A stretch of 46,337 nt of DNA from a virus. Its lineage: Duplodnaviria > Caudoviricetes. The notes beneath the pieces were generated by a model. The model was not told the origin of the DNA. It made no database searches and saw nothing but the letters and a program-made list of their open reading frames with translations. Below are positions 19,787 through 28,349 of this stretch, one piece after another; positions within the stretch are counted from its first letter, which is position 1, and each line of letters opens with the position of its first letter. Where the stretch lies: positions 1-46,337 of IMG/VR virus record IMGVR_UViG_3300025875_000047. One strand, 5' to 3'. The position numbers and the translations under genes were made by a program.

Positions 19787-20410
19787 CTAGGCGTTGAAGC
19801 GCTTCCACCATCCTTCGGGATCGCCCGAAAGAAAGTAGTTCGTGCGATTGCGCCAACCGTTGCGGTTCTCCGCTTGCTCCGGGTGCGCTTCGATGACGGC
19901 TTCGTAATATGCGAGCCGAACAGCGGCGAACCGGCGGCACGTCTCTTCGATGCCGTGCTTCGCGACATACTTGTCGGTTGCGCCATCGGTCAGCATCCCG
20001 ATTGCGCCATCGGGGTTGACGCCGACCAATCCCTGAAGCTTGCGCGCCGACGTGCCCGGCCCCGCGCCCCAACCGAAATCGAAGACCGACGCGATAAGCG
20101 GGCTCCAATCGAGCCGATCGAAGCCGGGGCTGCGCAGATAGTTGGCGATTGCGATCCGCGCCGCTTCCGGCCGGGTCAGCGCGTGCATGACTGCGACGCT
20201 GATTTCATCAACACTGACGCGGCGGTATGCGGCGAGTGCGACGGGCGTGACGCCGTGATTTGATCCGATCAGCTTACCAGCTCCGATCGCGCCGCCGGTC
20301 CAATTGCCGCGATCGTTGCGGCGCATTGAATGCGTCTTCGCCGGATCGTTCGACTTGCCATCTTCCCAACGAAAGATGAAATCGTCGGCGAATGCTTCAG
20401 GCGTCATCAT
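19787..20410 (-). CDS. Endolysin, glycoside hydrolase family 108 with a peptidoglycan-binding domain
   Basis: WEDG (EGG-like) catalytic motif, DRGNWTGG, VFDFGWGAG, DGAIGMLT and GWRNR. Confidence 0.9.
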   Translation of the reverse strand: MMTPEAFADDFIFRWEDGKSNDPAKTHSMRRNDRGNWTGGAIGAGKLIGSNHGVTPVALAAYRRVSVDEISVAVMHALTRPEAARIAIANYLRSPGFDRLDWSPLIASVFDFGWGAGPGTSARKLQGLVGVNPDGAIGMLTDGATDKYVAKHGIEETCRRFAAVRLAYYEAVIEAHPEQAENRNGWRNRTNYFLSGDPEGWWKRFNA

Positions 20411-20425
20411 AGTTCGAACTCCCGG

Positions 20426-20800
20426 CTATCGCGGCCAACAATGGGCCTTGGCACTCATGCGGTTCAGGCGATCCCATACGCTCGCCGGAAGACGCTGGCG
20501 AAGAAGGTTCCACGTCATGCCGAACTTATAGATCAGCGTCAAATGCGCGAGTAACTGAAGCTTCGACTGCGGCCCCGGCGGAACGGCAATGATGCCGCTA
20601 TGCCATACGCAAAGAAGCTGAAAGCCGATGATGCAACACCCGGCCGAAAACAGATAGATTGTCGATCGCGTAATAAGCGAAGACGACGGATACTTCGACA
20701 TTCGGGGTTCAAGGATAAGAACCCGAAAGAGCCCCAAGGCTCCGGCGAAGAACAATTCGAGCCCGGTAACGAGTGCTTCAGTCATGGCTTTTTGCTCCAA
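20426..20800 (-). CDS. Membrane protein, putative holin or antiholin
   Basis: About three hydrophobic segments; directly upstream of the endolysin. Confidence 0.6.
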   Translation of the reverse strand: MEQKAMTEALVTGLELFFAGALGLFRVLILEPRMSKYPSSSLITRSTIYLFSAGCCIIGFQLLCVWHSGIIAVPPGPQSKLQLLAHLTLIYKFGMTWNLLRQRLPASVWDRLNRMSAKAHCWPR

Positions 20801-21105
20801 GGAAACGAACCCGGCAAGTTCGCAATGATTTCTTCGGCTTTCTTGATGAAGGCCGGAGCAAGCGGGTTGATTAACAACCCAACTGCGAAATAGGCGGGTT
20901 CATGGGTTGGCGTCCAAAGGAACGCAATCATCTTGCCGACGACAGGGGCAATGATCGGTGAAGCCGCAACACCCATGCTTAGAGCCGTCGCAACTGTCAC
21001 AATCGGTCGAACTCCGGTGCTTTCCGCAGACAGATAACGAGGGATCGCGAACAGGCCCGCACCGACGAAGGCCGCTCCCAAGTGCATGAACTGTTCGTCA
21101 ATCAC
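20782..21105 (-). CDS. Membrane protein, putative holin
   Basis: About three hydrophobic segments; first gene of the lysis cassette. Confidence 0.6.
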   Translation of the reverse strand: MIDEQFMHLGAAFVGAGLFAIPRYLSAESTGVRPIVTVATALSMGVAASPIIAPVVGKMIAFLWTPTHEPAYFAVGLLINPLAPAFIKKAEEIIANLPGSFPWSKKP

Positions 21106-21158
21106 ACAACGCCCCTACATCGGATATTCATTAACGTTCCACTACGCCGACCGGGCGC

Positions 21159-21196
21159 AAAAAGAAAGCCCCGCCGATCCGAAGACCGACGGGGCT
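21159..21196 (-). terminator. Rho-independent terminator separating the early and late regions
   Basis: AGCCCCGTCGGTC-TTCG-GATCGGCGGGGCT followed by TTCTTTTT. Confidence 0.88.
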
Positions 21197-21234
21197 CCCG
21201 ACGCCGCAGCGAGGGGTTGACTGCGGCGAAGGCG

Positions 21235-21903
21235 TCAGGCCGTGCGCTGAACGAGCGCGCCGTTCGCCGGGGCCGTCCATGCGCCGTAGGACTTGCCCGC
21301 TTCGACCGTCTTGACGGCGAACTTGCGGGTTTCGTTCATCTTCGGCCGCGTCTTCTCGACGCCCTTGACCTTGTACGTCTCCATGACGGCCGAACCGTCT
21401 TCGTTCGTCACGGGGGTTGCGAAGCGCTTCGCGGCCGACGTGGCGGTGCTGGCGATCGACTTCGCGGGCTCCGGCTTGTCCGACGTGGCGGGCACGAAGA
21501 ACGACTGACCGACGTTCAGGTCATCGAACGGATAGACCGGGCCGTTGCGACCGCCGCGCGACGCGCCGGGCAGGCTGGCGTTGTCGATGATCGCGAAGCC
21601 ATTCGACGGAACCGCCGTCGGCGCGGTCGCGGGATCGGTGTTCGCCGGATCGGTGTTCGGCGCTGCGCCGGTCGTGTCGGTATTGGCGTCGCCGCCGGTG
21701 TTCGCTTCGGGCATCTTCAGTCCTTCGTCGGTCAGTCGGATCGCGATCTTGGCCCCGTCGCGAATTTCGGGGTTGAATTCGGCGAACCCGCCGTCGGTCA
21801 GTTCCTTGGCTTCCTTTTCAGTCGCCAGCGCGTAGAACGGATCGGACGCCATCGCAAGCGCGATGGTCGAAACGAGTGCGAGCGATGCCTTCTTCAGTGC
21901 CAT
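21235..21903 (-). CDS. Conserved-type phage hypothetical protein
   Basis: Strong RBS, own promoter and terminator; YPFDDLNVGQSFFVP motif seen in phage proteins. Confidence 0.8.
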   Translation of the reverse strand: MALKKASLALVSTIALAMASDPFYALATEKEAKELTDGGFAEFNPEIRDGAKIAIRLTDEGLKMPEANTGGDANTDTTGAAPNTDPANTDPATAPTAVPSNGFAIIDNASLPGASRGGRNGPVYPFDDLNVGQSFFVPATSDKPEPAKSIASTATSAAKRFATPVTNEDGSAVMETYKVKGVEKTRPKMNETRKFAVKTVEAGKSYGAWTAPANGALVQRTA

Positions 21904-21954
21904 GTTCGAATTCCTTCCTCTGTTCAAGCCGTAACTGCCCGGCTGACGAAAAGC

Positions 21955-21983
21955 ACGCTATGCGGTGATTGCGCGCCGGTCAA
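21955..21983 (-). promoter_or_regulatory. Sigma70-like promoter
   Basis: TTGACC-N17-TAGCGT. Confidence 0.65.
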
Positions 21984-21992
21984 CACAATAAT

Positions 21993-22322
21993 TCACGTCG
22001 TCGGAAAAAGTTTCGAGATACCTTCATCGGCCGCGCGGCGCGCAAGTTTCAGATTGGCGGCGATTTCTAGGAAGGCATTCACGCCATCGTCGCCGCCGTG
22101 TTGCTCTAACAGTTCGATAAAGGTTGACAGTGCCGCTTCAGTCGCTTCGTTGACCCGATAGAGCAACAGCGAAGCACCTATAAGGTTCGTGAAGTCAGAG
22201 TGTGGGAAGCATACCGGCCGAATATGGCTGCGATCGGGGATAACGCCCGGCGCGAGTTCAGGGCCTTCATATGCCCACACAACGCCCCATTCATCGGTAT
22301 AGAAGTTTGACGCCTTCATCAC
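21993..22322 (-). CDS. Hypothetical protein
   Basis: 109 aa; GTGA overlap with the upstream gene. Confidence 0.65.
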   Translation of the reverse strand: MMKASNFYTDEWGVVWAYEGPELAPGVIPDRSHIRPVCFPHSDFTNLIGASLLLYRVNEATEAALSTFIELLEQHGGDDGVNAFLEIAANLKLARRAADEGISKLFPTT

Positions 22323-22555
22323 TTTATTCTTTTAATGAAGATGCGGTCTTTGATCTGCGCCGCTCTATACGTTCTACCCGGAAACCTGTTATTGAGCCTC
22401 GACGCGAACTGTCGCCATTGTGCTAAAGTTCTTTCGCCCTTAGGCGCGTAAAAACCTTCGTCGGGTTTTAGCTTTTCCGCTACAGCAAGAGCCGGGTTTA
22501 TCAAACCAACTTTAATTTGCGGAAGTTCAACCCCTTTAACGATTTCGTAAGCCAT
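22319..22555 (-). CDS. Small basic hypothetical protein
   Basis: 78 aa; preceded by AAGGAACCGGGCA. Confidence 0.75.
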   Translation of the reverse strand: MAYEIVKGVELPQIKVGLINPALAVAEKLKPDEGFYAPKGERTLAQWRQFASRLNNRFPGRTYRAAQIKDRIFIKRIK

Positions 22556-22569
22556 TTGCCCGGTTCCTT

Positions 22570-22797
22570 TCAGCGCTGCGGCTTGGGTATCAGCACCCGC
22601 GACGGTTGCGAAGCTTCGTGCGCAGCGCGGCGAAGACTAGCCCAACGCTGGAATTCGGTCAAGGTGCGGAAGCCATACGCGGCCCATTGCGGCGATGGCG
22701 GGCCGAAGATCGGCCCTACTTCGAGCGCTAGAAGTTCTTCGTCGCTGCGCTCTTCAATCGTCGGTTGCGACGAATGTTCGTCTTGCGGGTGTTCCAT
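22570..22797 (-). CDS. Hypothetical protein
   Basis: 75 aa ORF filling the gap in the operon. Confidence 0.55.
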   Translation of the reverse strand: MEHPQDEHSSQPTIEERSDEELLALEVGPIFGPPSPQWAAYGFRTLTEFQRWASLRRAAHEASQPSRVLIPKPQR

Positions 22798-23059
22798 CGT
22801 CTGCGCTGTCCTTCCAGCTGGGGAGAATGTCGTTCCCGTTTCGCCCGGCGGCTTCGAACCCGCGAATATAGAAGTTCAGCGCGACTAGGTCCATTTGACC
22901 GCCGCAGCGCTTGCATTCGACCTTCGCCCCTAAGCGGATCGCTTCGAGCGGAAACGGCGCGAATAGATGACGCGGGCAAGCGTCAAGTTTGTCGCGATTG
23001 CGGCTGACTTTGGCGAAGATCGCTTTATAGTCAACCTTGGGCTTGCCCGCGTCTTCCAT
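22754..23059 (-). CDS. Hypothetical protein with CPRH/CKRC (possible zinc binding)
   Basis: 101 aa; TGATG coupling to the upstream gene. Confidence 0.7.
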   Translation of the reverse strand: MEDAGKPKVDYKAIFAKVSRNRDKLDACPRHLFAPFPLEAIRLGAKVECKRCGGQMDLVALNFYIRGFEAAGRNGNDILPSWKDSADDGTPARRTFVATDD

Positions 23060-23661
23060 CAGATTTCGCCCATGTACGGGCTATCGACGCCGCGCAACGG
23101 CCGATCGCGCTCTTCGTCGGTCGCATTGCGACGTTCATGAACGATTTCGGCCGCAGTCGGGCTTTCCTTCTTCGCATCGACGCGCGCCGCCATCATCTGC
23201 GGGGCTTCGCCCATCGATGATTGCTGATTGGCGCGCGACGAAGGCCGACGCTGCGGGTTGTAGTCGGGCCGATCGGCATACGCGACACTGACCGGGTTGA
23301 CGCCCGCGACGGTGTTGTGATTGCTGTTACCTTCGGCAAGGTTCGTGATGTTCTCGCGGCCGTTCTTCCGATCGACTGCGCCTTCCTGTTCGCGAACCTT
23401 GTCGCCCGACGGGGCGTCGAAGTCGGAGATATAGTCCTTCGCCGACTTGCCTACCTTGACGAACTCGCGCGCGGTTTCGTCCTTCGTGTCGGTCCCCTTG
23501 CTTTCGCCGGGGTCATTCGGCGACTTCGCCGATGCGACGCCCGTATCGACCATCGTTGTCGATTTCTCGACGCTCTTCGCGTCCTGCGCCGCCTGTTCCT
23601 TGTCGGGGGCGGCGGGTGCTGCCTTGTCAACCACGTTCATTCCTTTCGAAAGGTGCGGCAC
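23059..23661 (-). CDS. Hydrophilic, probably disordered hypothetical protein
   Basis: About 190-200 aa with phage-like codon use; start codon uncertain. Confidence 0.7.
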   Translation of the reverse strand: MPHLSKGMNVVDKAAPAAPDKEQAAQDAKSVEKSTTMVDTGVASAKSPNDPGESKGTDTKDETAREFVKVGKSAKDYISDFDAPSGDKVREQEGAVDRKNGRENITNLAEGNSNHNTVAGVNPVSVAYADRPDYNPQRRPSSRANQQSSMGEAPQMMAARVDAKKESPTAAEIVHERRNATDEERDRPLRGVDSPYMGEI

Positions 23662-23707
23662 GCGCCGCCGTAGTCAGATAGCACCCGCCGCCGCCCGTTC
23701 CTAGGGC

Positions 23708-24079
23708 TTAGGCGAAGCCCTTGGGCTTGAAGCCGTAAGGCGGCACCCCGGTGCCCTGCGGCGCTTTCGTCGGCTCCCGCAACAGACTTTCGCCCATCGC
23801 AGCCTTGACCGCAGCCCGGCCGCTTTCGTGAAGAGTCTTCAGCCGATCGACCGTGCCGTCGTCTTCGAATTGCTCCCGGCCGACCGTCATCGGCGAAGTC
23901 TGATCGGGATGCGTATCGAACAGCGGCATATCCGGTTCACGATATGCGTTCGCCGCCGCTGCGAGGAAGTGTGCCTTTTCGTTGTCTGCGGCGTCTGCGA
24001 TATGCGTTTCGATCGGGACTTGCTGTCCTTCGTCTTCGACGTGAACGATTTGCTTACCGAAACTATGATACTTGCCCAT
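23708..24079 (-). CDS. Hypothetical protein
   Basis: ATG 24079 with AAGGAAGGA RBS and an upstream promoter. Confidence 0.75.
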   Translation of the reverse strand: MGKYHSFGKQIVHVEDEGQQVPIETHIADAADNEKAHFLAAAANAYREPDMPLFDTHPDQTSPMTVGREQFEDDGTVDRLKTLHESGRAAVKAAMGESLLREPTKAPQGTGVPPYGFKPKGFA

Positions 24080-24120
24080 GCTGCTAGTCCTTCCTTGTGT
24101 GGGCATGTTGCCCGGTGCCC

Positions 24121-24149
24121 ACACTAGCCGGGATCGCGCCGACGCTCAA
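24121..24149 (-). promoter_or_regulatory. Sigma70-like promoter
   Basis: TTGAGC-N17-TAGTGT. Confidence 0.5.
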
Positions 24150-24424
24150 TAGTCTTTGTAATAACCGCCGTCGTCGGACGCCGCGATTTCGTTCAGTTCG
24201 TCACGAATGCGCTCTTCTTCGCCCTTGCGAGCGGCAACGCGCTTTTCGAGCCATGCGAACGGGGCCTTCGCACCCTTCTTCGGGTAACGCCCGTTCACCG
24301 CCACAATCCACCATTCTTCGACGCCAGCTTGCATGATCCCAACGTCGGGTTCTGCGCCCTGAACGGTGTATTCGACGGTGATGGGGAGCCCGCCGAGGAT
24401 GCGAATGTCAGCTTCGTTTGCCAT
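24146..24424 (-). CDS. Hypothetical early protein
   Basis: 92 aa; AAGGAACCGGGCA immediately before ATG. Confidence 0.8.
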   Translation of the reverse strand: MANEADIRILGGLPITVEYTVQGAEPDVGIMQAGVEEWWIVAVNGRYPKKGAKAPFAWLEKRVAARKGEEERIRDELNEIAASDDGGYYKDY

Positions 24425-24451
24425 TGCCCGGTTCCTTCGTGCTATGCGAAC

Positions 24452-24480
24452 GATATATGCGGCGATTGCGATAGCGTCAA
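24452..24480 (-). promoter_or_regulatory. Sigma70-like promoter
   Basis: TTGACG-N17-TATATC. Confidence 0.7.
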
Positions 24481-24647
24481 GCGGTCAATTTAGGAAAAGT
24501 GCGATTAGATGCGTATAGCCGGTTAAGCCGTTTGCGCCGCTCTTCCCAAACTAGATGATCGATGAACGCCGAGACGTGTTGACAATGATTGCCGTCATAA
24601 TAAGCCGCTTCAGCGTAGTTGATGCGAGCGTATGCGAGCGCGTCCAT
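24477..24647 (-). CDS. Small hypothetical protein (56 aa, not in the ORF track)
   Basis: AAAGGAACCGTC-ATG; MDALAYARINYAEAAYYDGNHCQHV... Confidence 0.6.
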   Translation of the reverse strand: MDALAYARINYAEAAYYDGNHCQHVSAFIDHLVWEERRKRLNRLYASNRTFPKLTA

Positions 24648-24689
24648 GACGGTTCCTTTCGTTGCTGCGATGATCCTAGCGCGAAGGTG

Positions 24690-24818
24690 TTAACGCGGGG
24701 TAAAGGCGACGATTTCGGCGGTGATGCCGTGCTTATCGCAATACGCCTGAACGACGGCCGGGCGGCACCACGCGCCGAAGGTCCGAAGGTCGCCGTTGCT
24801 GAACGCGATCGTAATCAT
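24690..24818 (-). CDS. Small hypothetical protein (42 aa)
   Basis: ATG just after the upstream stop codon; MITIAFSNGDLRTFG... Confidence 0.5.
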   Translation of the reverse strand: MITIAFSNGDLRTFGAWCRPAVVQAYCDKHGITAEIVAFTPR

Positions 24819-24819
24819 A

Positions 24820-25017
24820 TCAGTTGCCTTTCGGACAATCGGGCCGAACTTCGCCGATATCCCAACGAAGCCGACAAGTTGGGCACGTCCATTCATCGCC
24901 TTCCCGGCGCGACAGACAACGTGGCGGCGTATGGCAATCGGCAATCCGCTCCCGAACTTGCTGACGGGTCTTGCCCACCGGTTGCCAGCGCCGCACGACT
25001 ATTCTTCGATTTCGCAA
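24820..25017 (-). CDS. Small Cys-rich protein (CPTC, zinc-ribbon-like)
   Basis: GDEWTCPTCRLRWD motif; start codon uncertain. Confidence 0.5.
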   Translation of the reverse strand: MRNRRIVVRRWQPVGKTRQQVRERIADCHTPPRCLSRREGDEWTCPTCRLRWDIGEVRPDCPKGN

Positions 25018-25198
25018 GCAAGTTGAACAGCATCACGCGGATGCTTATCGTTGGGATCGGTCCATTCATCGCTATAGACCCATACGGGTTGTTTACCCGC
25101 AAAACGTATTCCCATCGATACGATGCCGACAGTTAGACGATTGCTGACCATTACAGCTTTTCAGGTTCGCCCTTCGGCCACACAACAGCATAGTTCAT
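24999..25198 (-). other. 15-aa micro-ORF (25151-25198) plus an overlapping 50-aa ORF (24999-25151); possibly one frameshifted gene
   Basis: Promoter and AAGGAACCGGGCAAATG precede MNYAVVWPKGEPEKL*; TAATG overlap with the next ORF. Confidence 0.55.
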
Positions 25199-25227
25199 TT
25201 GCCCGGTTCCTTCCTAGTGGAAGCCCC

Positions 25228-25255
25228 TACATACTGCGCCGAATACGGTTGTCAA
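25228..25255 (-). promoter_or_regulatory. Sigma70-like promoter
   Basis: TTGACA-N16-TATGTA. Confidence 0.6.
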
Positions 25256-25800
25256 CCTTGCGATCGACATTGTTCAACGTATTTGACGATTTCGCGTGAC
25301 GCCGCCAGCCAATCGAAACAAACGCTTACCGCGTATCCTTGCCGCCGGGCGTATGCGATGAATTCGTTCTGAACATCGGACGTTGCCCCATTGCGCTGAC
25401 CCTTCGCCTTCGGCCGCTTCATTTCAATATAGAGCCCGGCGAAGGCGCGGCACGTCATGGGAAGGAACACGTCGCATATGCCCTTCTTCACGCCTTCAGC
25501 CTTCATCAAGGCTGCGGTGAAGCCATCCCTGCGCCCGCCGTTGGGGATCGCGTGAAGCCATTCGAGTTCTTCGATCGGCTCGCGCCCGCCATCGTCAATC
25601 CAACGCAAGCCCTTGCCCGACGGGTTAGGCTCCGATCGCAGATTGATCCCGTATGTCGATTGCGGATAGCCCATTTCGCTATAGCAGCGGGGATCGTCTG
25701 CGGCGGTGAAGCCATAGCGCCGGGCTATCTGCGCCCATGCGAAAAGCGCGCGTTGATGCGCGTGTTCGGTGTTCGATGCCGCGAGTTCAGGCGGCGTCAC
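25252..25800 (-). CDS. VRR-NUC domain nuclease
   Basis: HAIPNGG, KAEGVKKGICD, LYIEMK and Q..F...GY motifs; GTG start overlapping the upstream stop. Confidence 0.9.
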   Translation of the reverse strand: MTPPELAASNTEHAHQRALFAWAQIARRYGFTAADDPRCYSEMGYPQSTYGINLRSEPNPSGKGLRWIDDGGREPIEELEWLHAIPNGGRRDGFTAALMKAEGVKKGICDVFLPMTCRAFAGLYIEMKRPKAKGQRNGATSDVQNEFIAYARRQGYAVSVCFDWLAASREIVKYVEQCRSQG

Positions 25801-26288
25801 GTCCAATCCGCCTTGCGCAAGCGCTTCGTCATGCCCGTCACCATCAACCGGGTTCGGCCGTAGTCGAGTGCGACGGGTTGCCCGTTGATATGCCCCCAAT
25901 TAGACGCCTTCAGGTCAGTGAAGAACGCGGGCACTTCAGCCGGGAGCCGACTAGCTGCGATCGGTTCGGCGTAGTGCTGAAGCATGATCCGCCCGCAACC
26001 GCTTATCGAATGACACGGTGCAAACCATTTGGCGTGCGGTGTATGTTCGACTTCCTGCCAAGTGCGATATTCTTCAACGTTCTGAAAGCGGTGTTCGATG
26101 CTTTCGAACTTAATGACGTAGCCCGGATGCGGAGTGAAGCGGAAGACTTCACGCGACATACCGTGCCCTAAGCGCTGACCGCATAGGAATTCGAGCAATT
26201 CACGCTGAAGCCCGCTTTTGAACGATGGGCCTAGCGCATCGCTAAACCATCGATCAATCACGGGCTGCGATCGACCTTCAGTCGGCAT
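25797..26288 (-). CDS. Minimal protein-kinase-like protein
   Basis: LGHGMSREV (Gly loop), VIK, NVEE, DLKASN (catalytic loop) and DYG in kinase order. Confidence 0.72.
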   Translation of the reverse strand: MPTEGRSQPVIDRWFSDALGPSFKSGLQRELLEFLCGQRLGHGMSREVFRFTPHPGYVIKFESIEHRFQNVEEYRTWQEVEHTPHAKWFAPCHSISGCGRIMLQHYAEPIAASRLPAEVPAFFTDLKASNWGHINGQPVALDYGRTRLMVTGMTKRLRKADWT

Positions 26289-26359
26289 TGCAAACCGGAT
26301 AGATATACGGCAACCGCGACGCCGACGTGATAAGGTGAAGGTTGAATTCAGCGACGCGC

Positions 26360-26704
26360 CTACGCGGCGGCGACGCCAAGGAAACGGCGCAAGCCTGCGG
26401 CGTCGTCTTCAGTACGTTCATGTTCGACCCCCAATTCATCAAGTCTGCGAAGAAGGCCGGGCTCGCCTTGACGATACCGGCGCACCTTCAATTCGCACCA
26501 TTTGCCCGAAGACGGCCAATAGTCAAACGTTTCCGCACCTAACAGGCTCTTGAAGACGAAACGAAAGCCGCCCGGCAAGATCGACATATATGTCGCTCGC
26601 GCTCGAAGACTTTCGATGAAGCTGCGCTGACCTTCGGCACGTTCGCGCTTAAGGCCGCGCTTCATTTCGCGCATATCGCGAAAGATATCGCCCATATCAC
26701 CCAT
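26360..26704 (-). CDS. Hypothetical protein
   Basis: MGDMGDIFRDM...FDYWPSSGKW, a motif type common in phage early genes. Confidence 0.7.
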   Translation of the reverse strand: MGDMGDIFRDMREMKRGLKRERAEGQRSFIESLRARATYMSILPGGFRFVFKSLLGAETFDYWPSSGKWCELKVRRYRQGEPGLLRRLDELGVEHERTEDDAAGLRRFLGVAAA

Positions 26705-26957
26705 GGCAGTAACGCCATACGATGAAGATCGCAGCCCAAAGCAACAGGCTTGCAATCAACGCATAAAAGATACCGAAACCCGGAACGGCCCGGTACTCCG
26801 ACTGCGGTTCATTCTCTTCGATCCATTCATCAACTGCGGCCTGAACTTCAGCGCGAGTGCGGCCGAATCTATAAACATCGTGTTCAGGTTCCCAAGCCTG
26901 CCACCCCCACGGCGTCATACCAATAAACCAACACTTATAGTCATAATGCGTAACCAT
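26697..26957 (-). CDS. Hypothetical protein with a C-terminal transmembrane helix
   Basis: AAGGACCGGGCA-ATG; hydrophobic segment FGIFYALIASLLLWAAIFIVW. Confidence 0.7.
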   Translation of the reverse strand: MVTHYDYKCWFIGMTPWGWQAWEPEHDVYRFGRTRAEVQAAVDEWIEENEPQSEYRAVPGFGIFYALIASLLLWAAIFIVWRYCHG

Positions 26958-26988
26958 TGCCCGGTCCTTCTTTTTATGCGACGATTGC

Positions 26989-27405
26989 TTACCATCCACC
27001 CTTGCGAGGGTCAAGCGGCTTAGGGGACAATGCCCACACTCTCGGAGCCGCGTCGGTCGATGCGTAATCGACAATCAGCACGTCACCGACAGGCGGCTTG
27101 CGGAGCGCCCGGCCTTGCTCCTGCGATTGCGCGTTTGGGGTTAATACGCCCCAACCGCCAGTAAGCTTCGGTTTAGGTGGATACTGTTCAGCGGCTTCGA
27201 GAATGCGCCAATCTGCGGCGCTGTCATCGGCCTTCGTCATGAAGTCGCATTGCGTGCGCTGCGGCTCTTCGGACGCGCTCGCAACCGGCCAACAGCGCAG
27301 ATAGCCCCGGCTGAAGCTATGTTCGACGTAACAGCCGGGTTGCATATGCGGGGCCGTAATGCGTGCGCCTGCGGTGCATTCGCTCAAGGCTTCATCAAGG
27401 TTCAT
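26989..27405 (-). CDS. Hypothetical protein
   Basis: AAGGAACCGGACAAG-ATG; MNLDEAL... Confidence 0.7.
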   Translation of the reverse strand: MNLDEALSECTAGARITAPHMQPGCYVEHSFSRGYLRCWPVASASEEPQRTQCDFMTKADDSAADWRILEAAEQYPPKPKLTGGWGVLTPNAQSQEQGRALRKPPVGDVLIVDYASTDAAPRVWALSPKPLDPRKGGW

Positions 27406-27637
27406 CTTGTCCGGTTCCTTCGCTCTTAAACACCCGCACCCGGCCGCTGGGCTTAGGCGCAGGCTGCGGCCATATTGCCGCCTTGGCTTCGTCATACGAT
27501 GCCGTAACGCGATGCGTATCACTCTTCGACCGTATTGTGCAACCGCCGTCTTCTTCACTGATACCGATTATTTCAAGGAACGGGATCGCAATGCGGTTGC
27601 CATCGTAACCGGCGAATTCAAGTATGCGGAGCGTCAT
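27395..27637 (-). CDS. Hypothetical protein
   Basis: 80 aa ORF in the early operon. Confidence 0.6.
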   Translation of the reverse strand: MTLRILEFAGYDGNRIAIPFLEIIGISEEDGGCTIRSKSDTHRVTASYDEAKAAIWPQPAPKPSGRVRVFKSEGTGQDEP

Positions 27638-27836
27638 CGATCGTTGTCCCGAAGCGTGCGAAGCGAACCCCGGCCAAGTTCAGCCGAATGACGCCGCGCT
27701 TATAGTCATGCCACGTCGCATAACCGCGCCTCACTAGCGCAACTGCGGTGACATACCTAGGCGTATCGACGTAGTTCGGCTGACGTTTAGCGCGGATCAT
27801 GGCGGCTTTCTGCGCCCCGGTCAGCGCGGTTGCCAC
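27618..27836 (-). CDS. Small basic hypothetical protein
   Basis: GTG start in a TAGTG overlap; LTGAQKAAM...LVRRGY. Confidence 0.6.
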   Translation of the reverse strand: MATALTGAQKAAMIRAKRQPNYVDTPRYVTAVALVRRGYATWHDYKRGVIRLNLAGVRFARFGTTIDDAPHT

Positions 27837-28243
27837 TAGCTGCGCTCCCGCTTCGAACATTCGCAGCCCGTACCTAGGACTACATCGAACGTGACGGGCT
27901 TCAGGCATCCGGCGCATACGATCGGCATCGAAGGAGGCGTTATGTCGAGATACGGCTTGATTGCGGCTGCGAACTCGCGCGTTCGTTTAGCCTGAAGTGA
28001 ATAAAATGCTTGTTCATACCGCTGTTGTGCCATCTTCAACGATTGCACTAGAGCGTTAGCGGCTTCGAGCGAAGCAACCTTCACAAGCTGCACCGAATTG
28101 ATACCATAAGCGTATTTCTGTTGACTTTCGAGCGAAGAACGTTCCACGATCCGACCATCGCCATCGGTCGAATGTACGATGAACAATCGGCCCCCGTTGT
28201 TGTGCAACAGAACGGCAACTTCGCCCGGTTCAAAGGCATTCAT
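27836..28243 (-). CDS. Hypothetical protein with a C-terminal Cys cluster
   Basis: GGAGG RBS; own promoter. Confidence 0.7.
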   Translation of the reverse strand: MNAFEPGEVAVLLHNNGGRLFIVHSTDGDGRIVERSSLESQQKYAYGINSVQLVKVASLEAANALVQSLKMAQQRYEQAFYSLQAKRTREFAAAIKPYLDITPPSMPIVCAGCLKPVTFDVVLGTGCECSKRERS

Positions 28244-28296
28244 GCGTATTCCCTCCAATGCGGCTTACCGTTCAGATAAGTGACGACTGTCCACTC

Positions 28297-28325
28297 TAGA
28301 TAACCGTAGCTATTCAAGCTGTCAA
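28297..28325 (-). promoter_or_regulatory. Sigma70-like promoter
   Basis: TTGACA-N17-TATCTA. Confidence 0.7.
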
Positions 28326-28349
28326 CAACGATTGCAACGAATGCGACGA

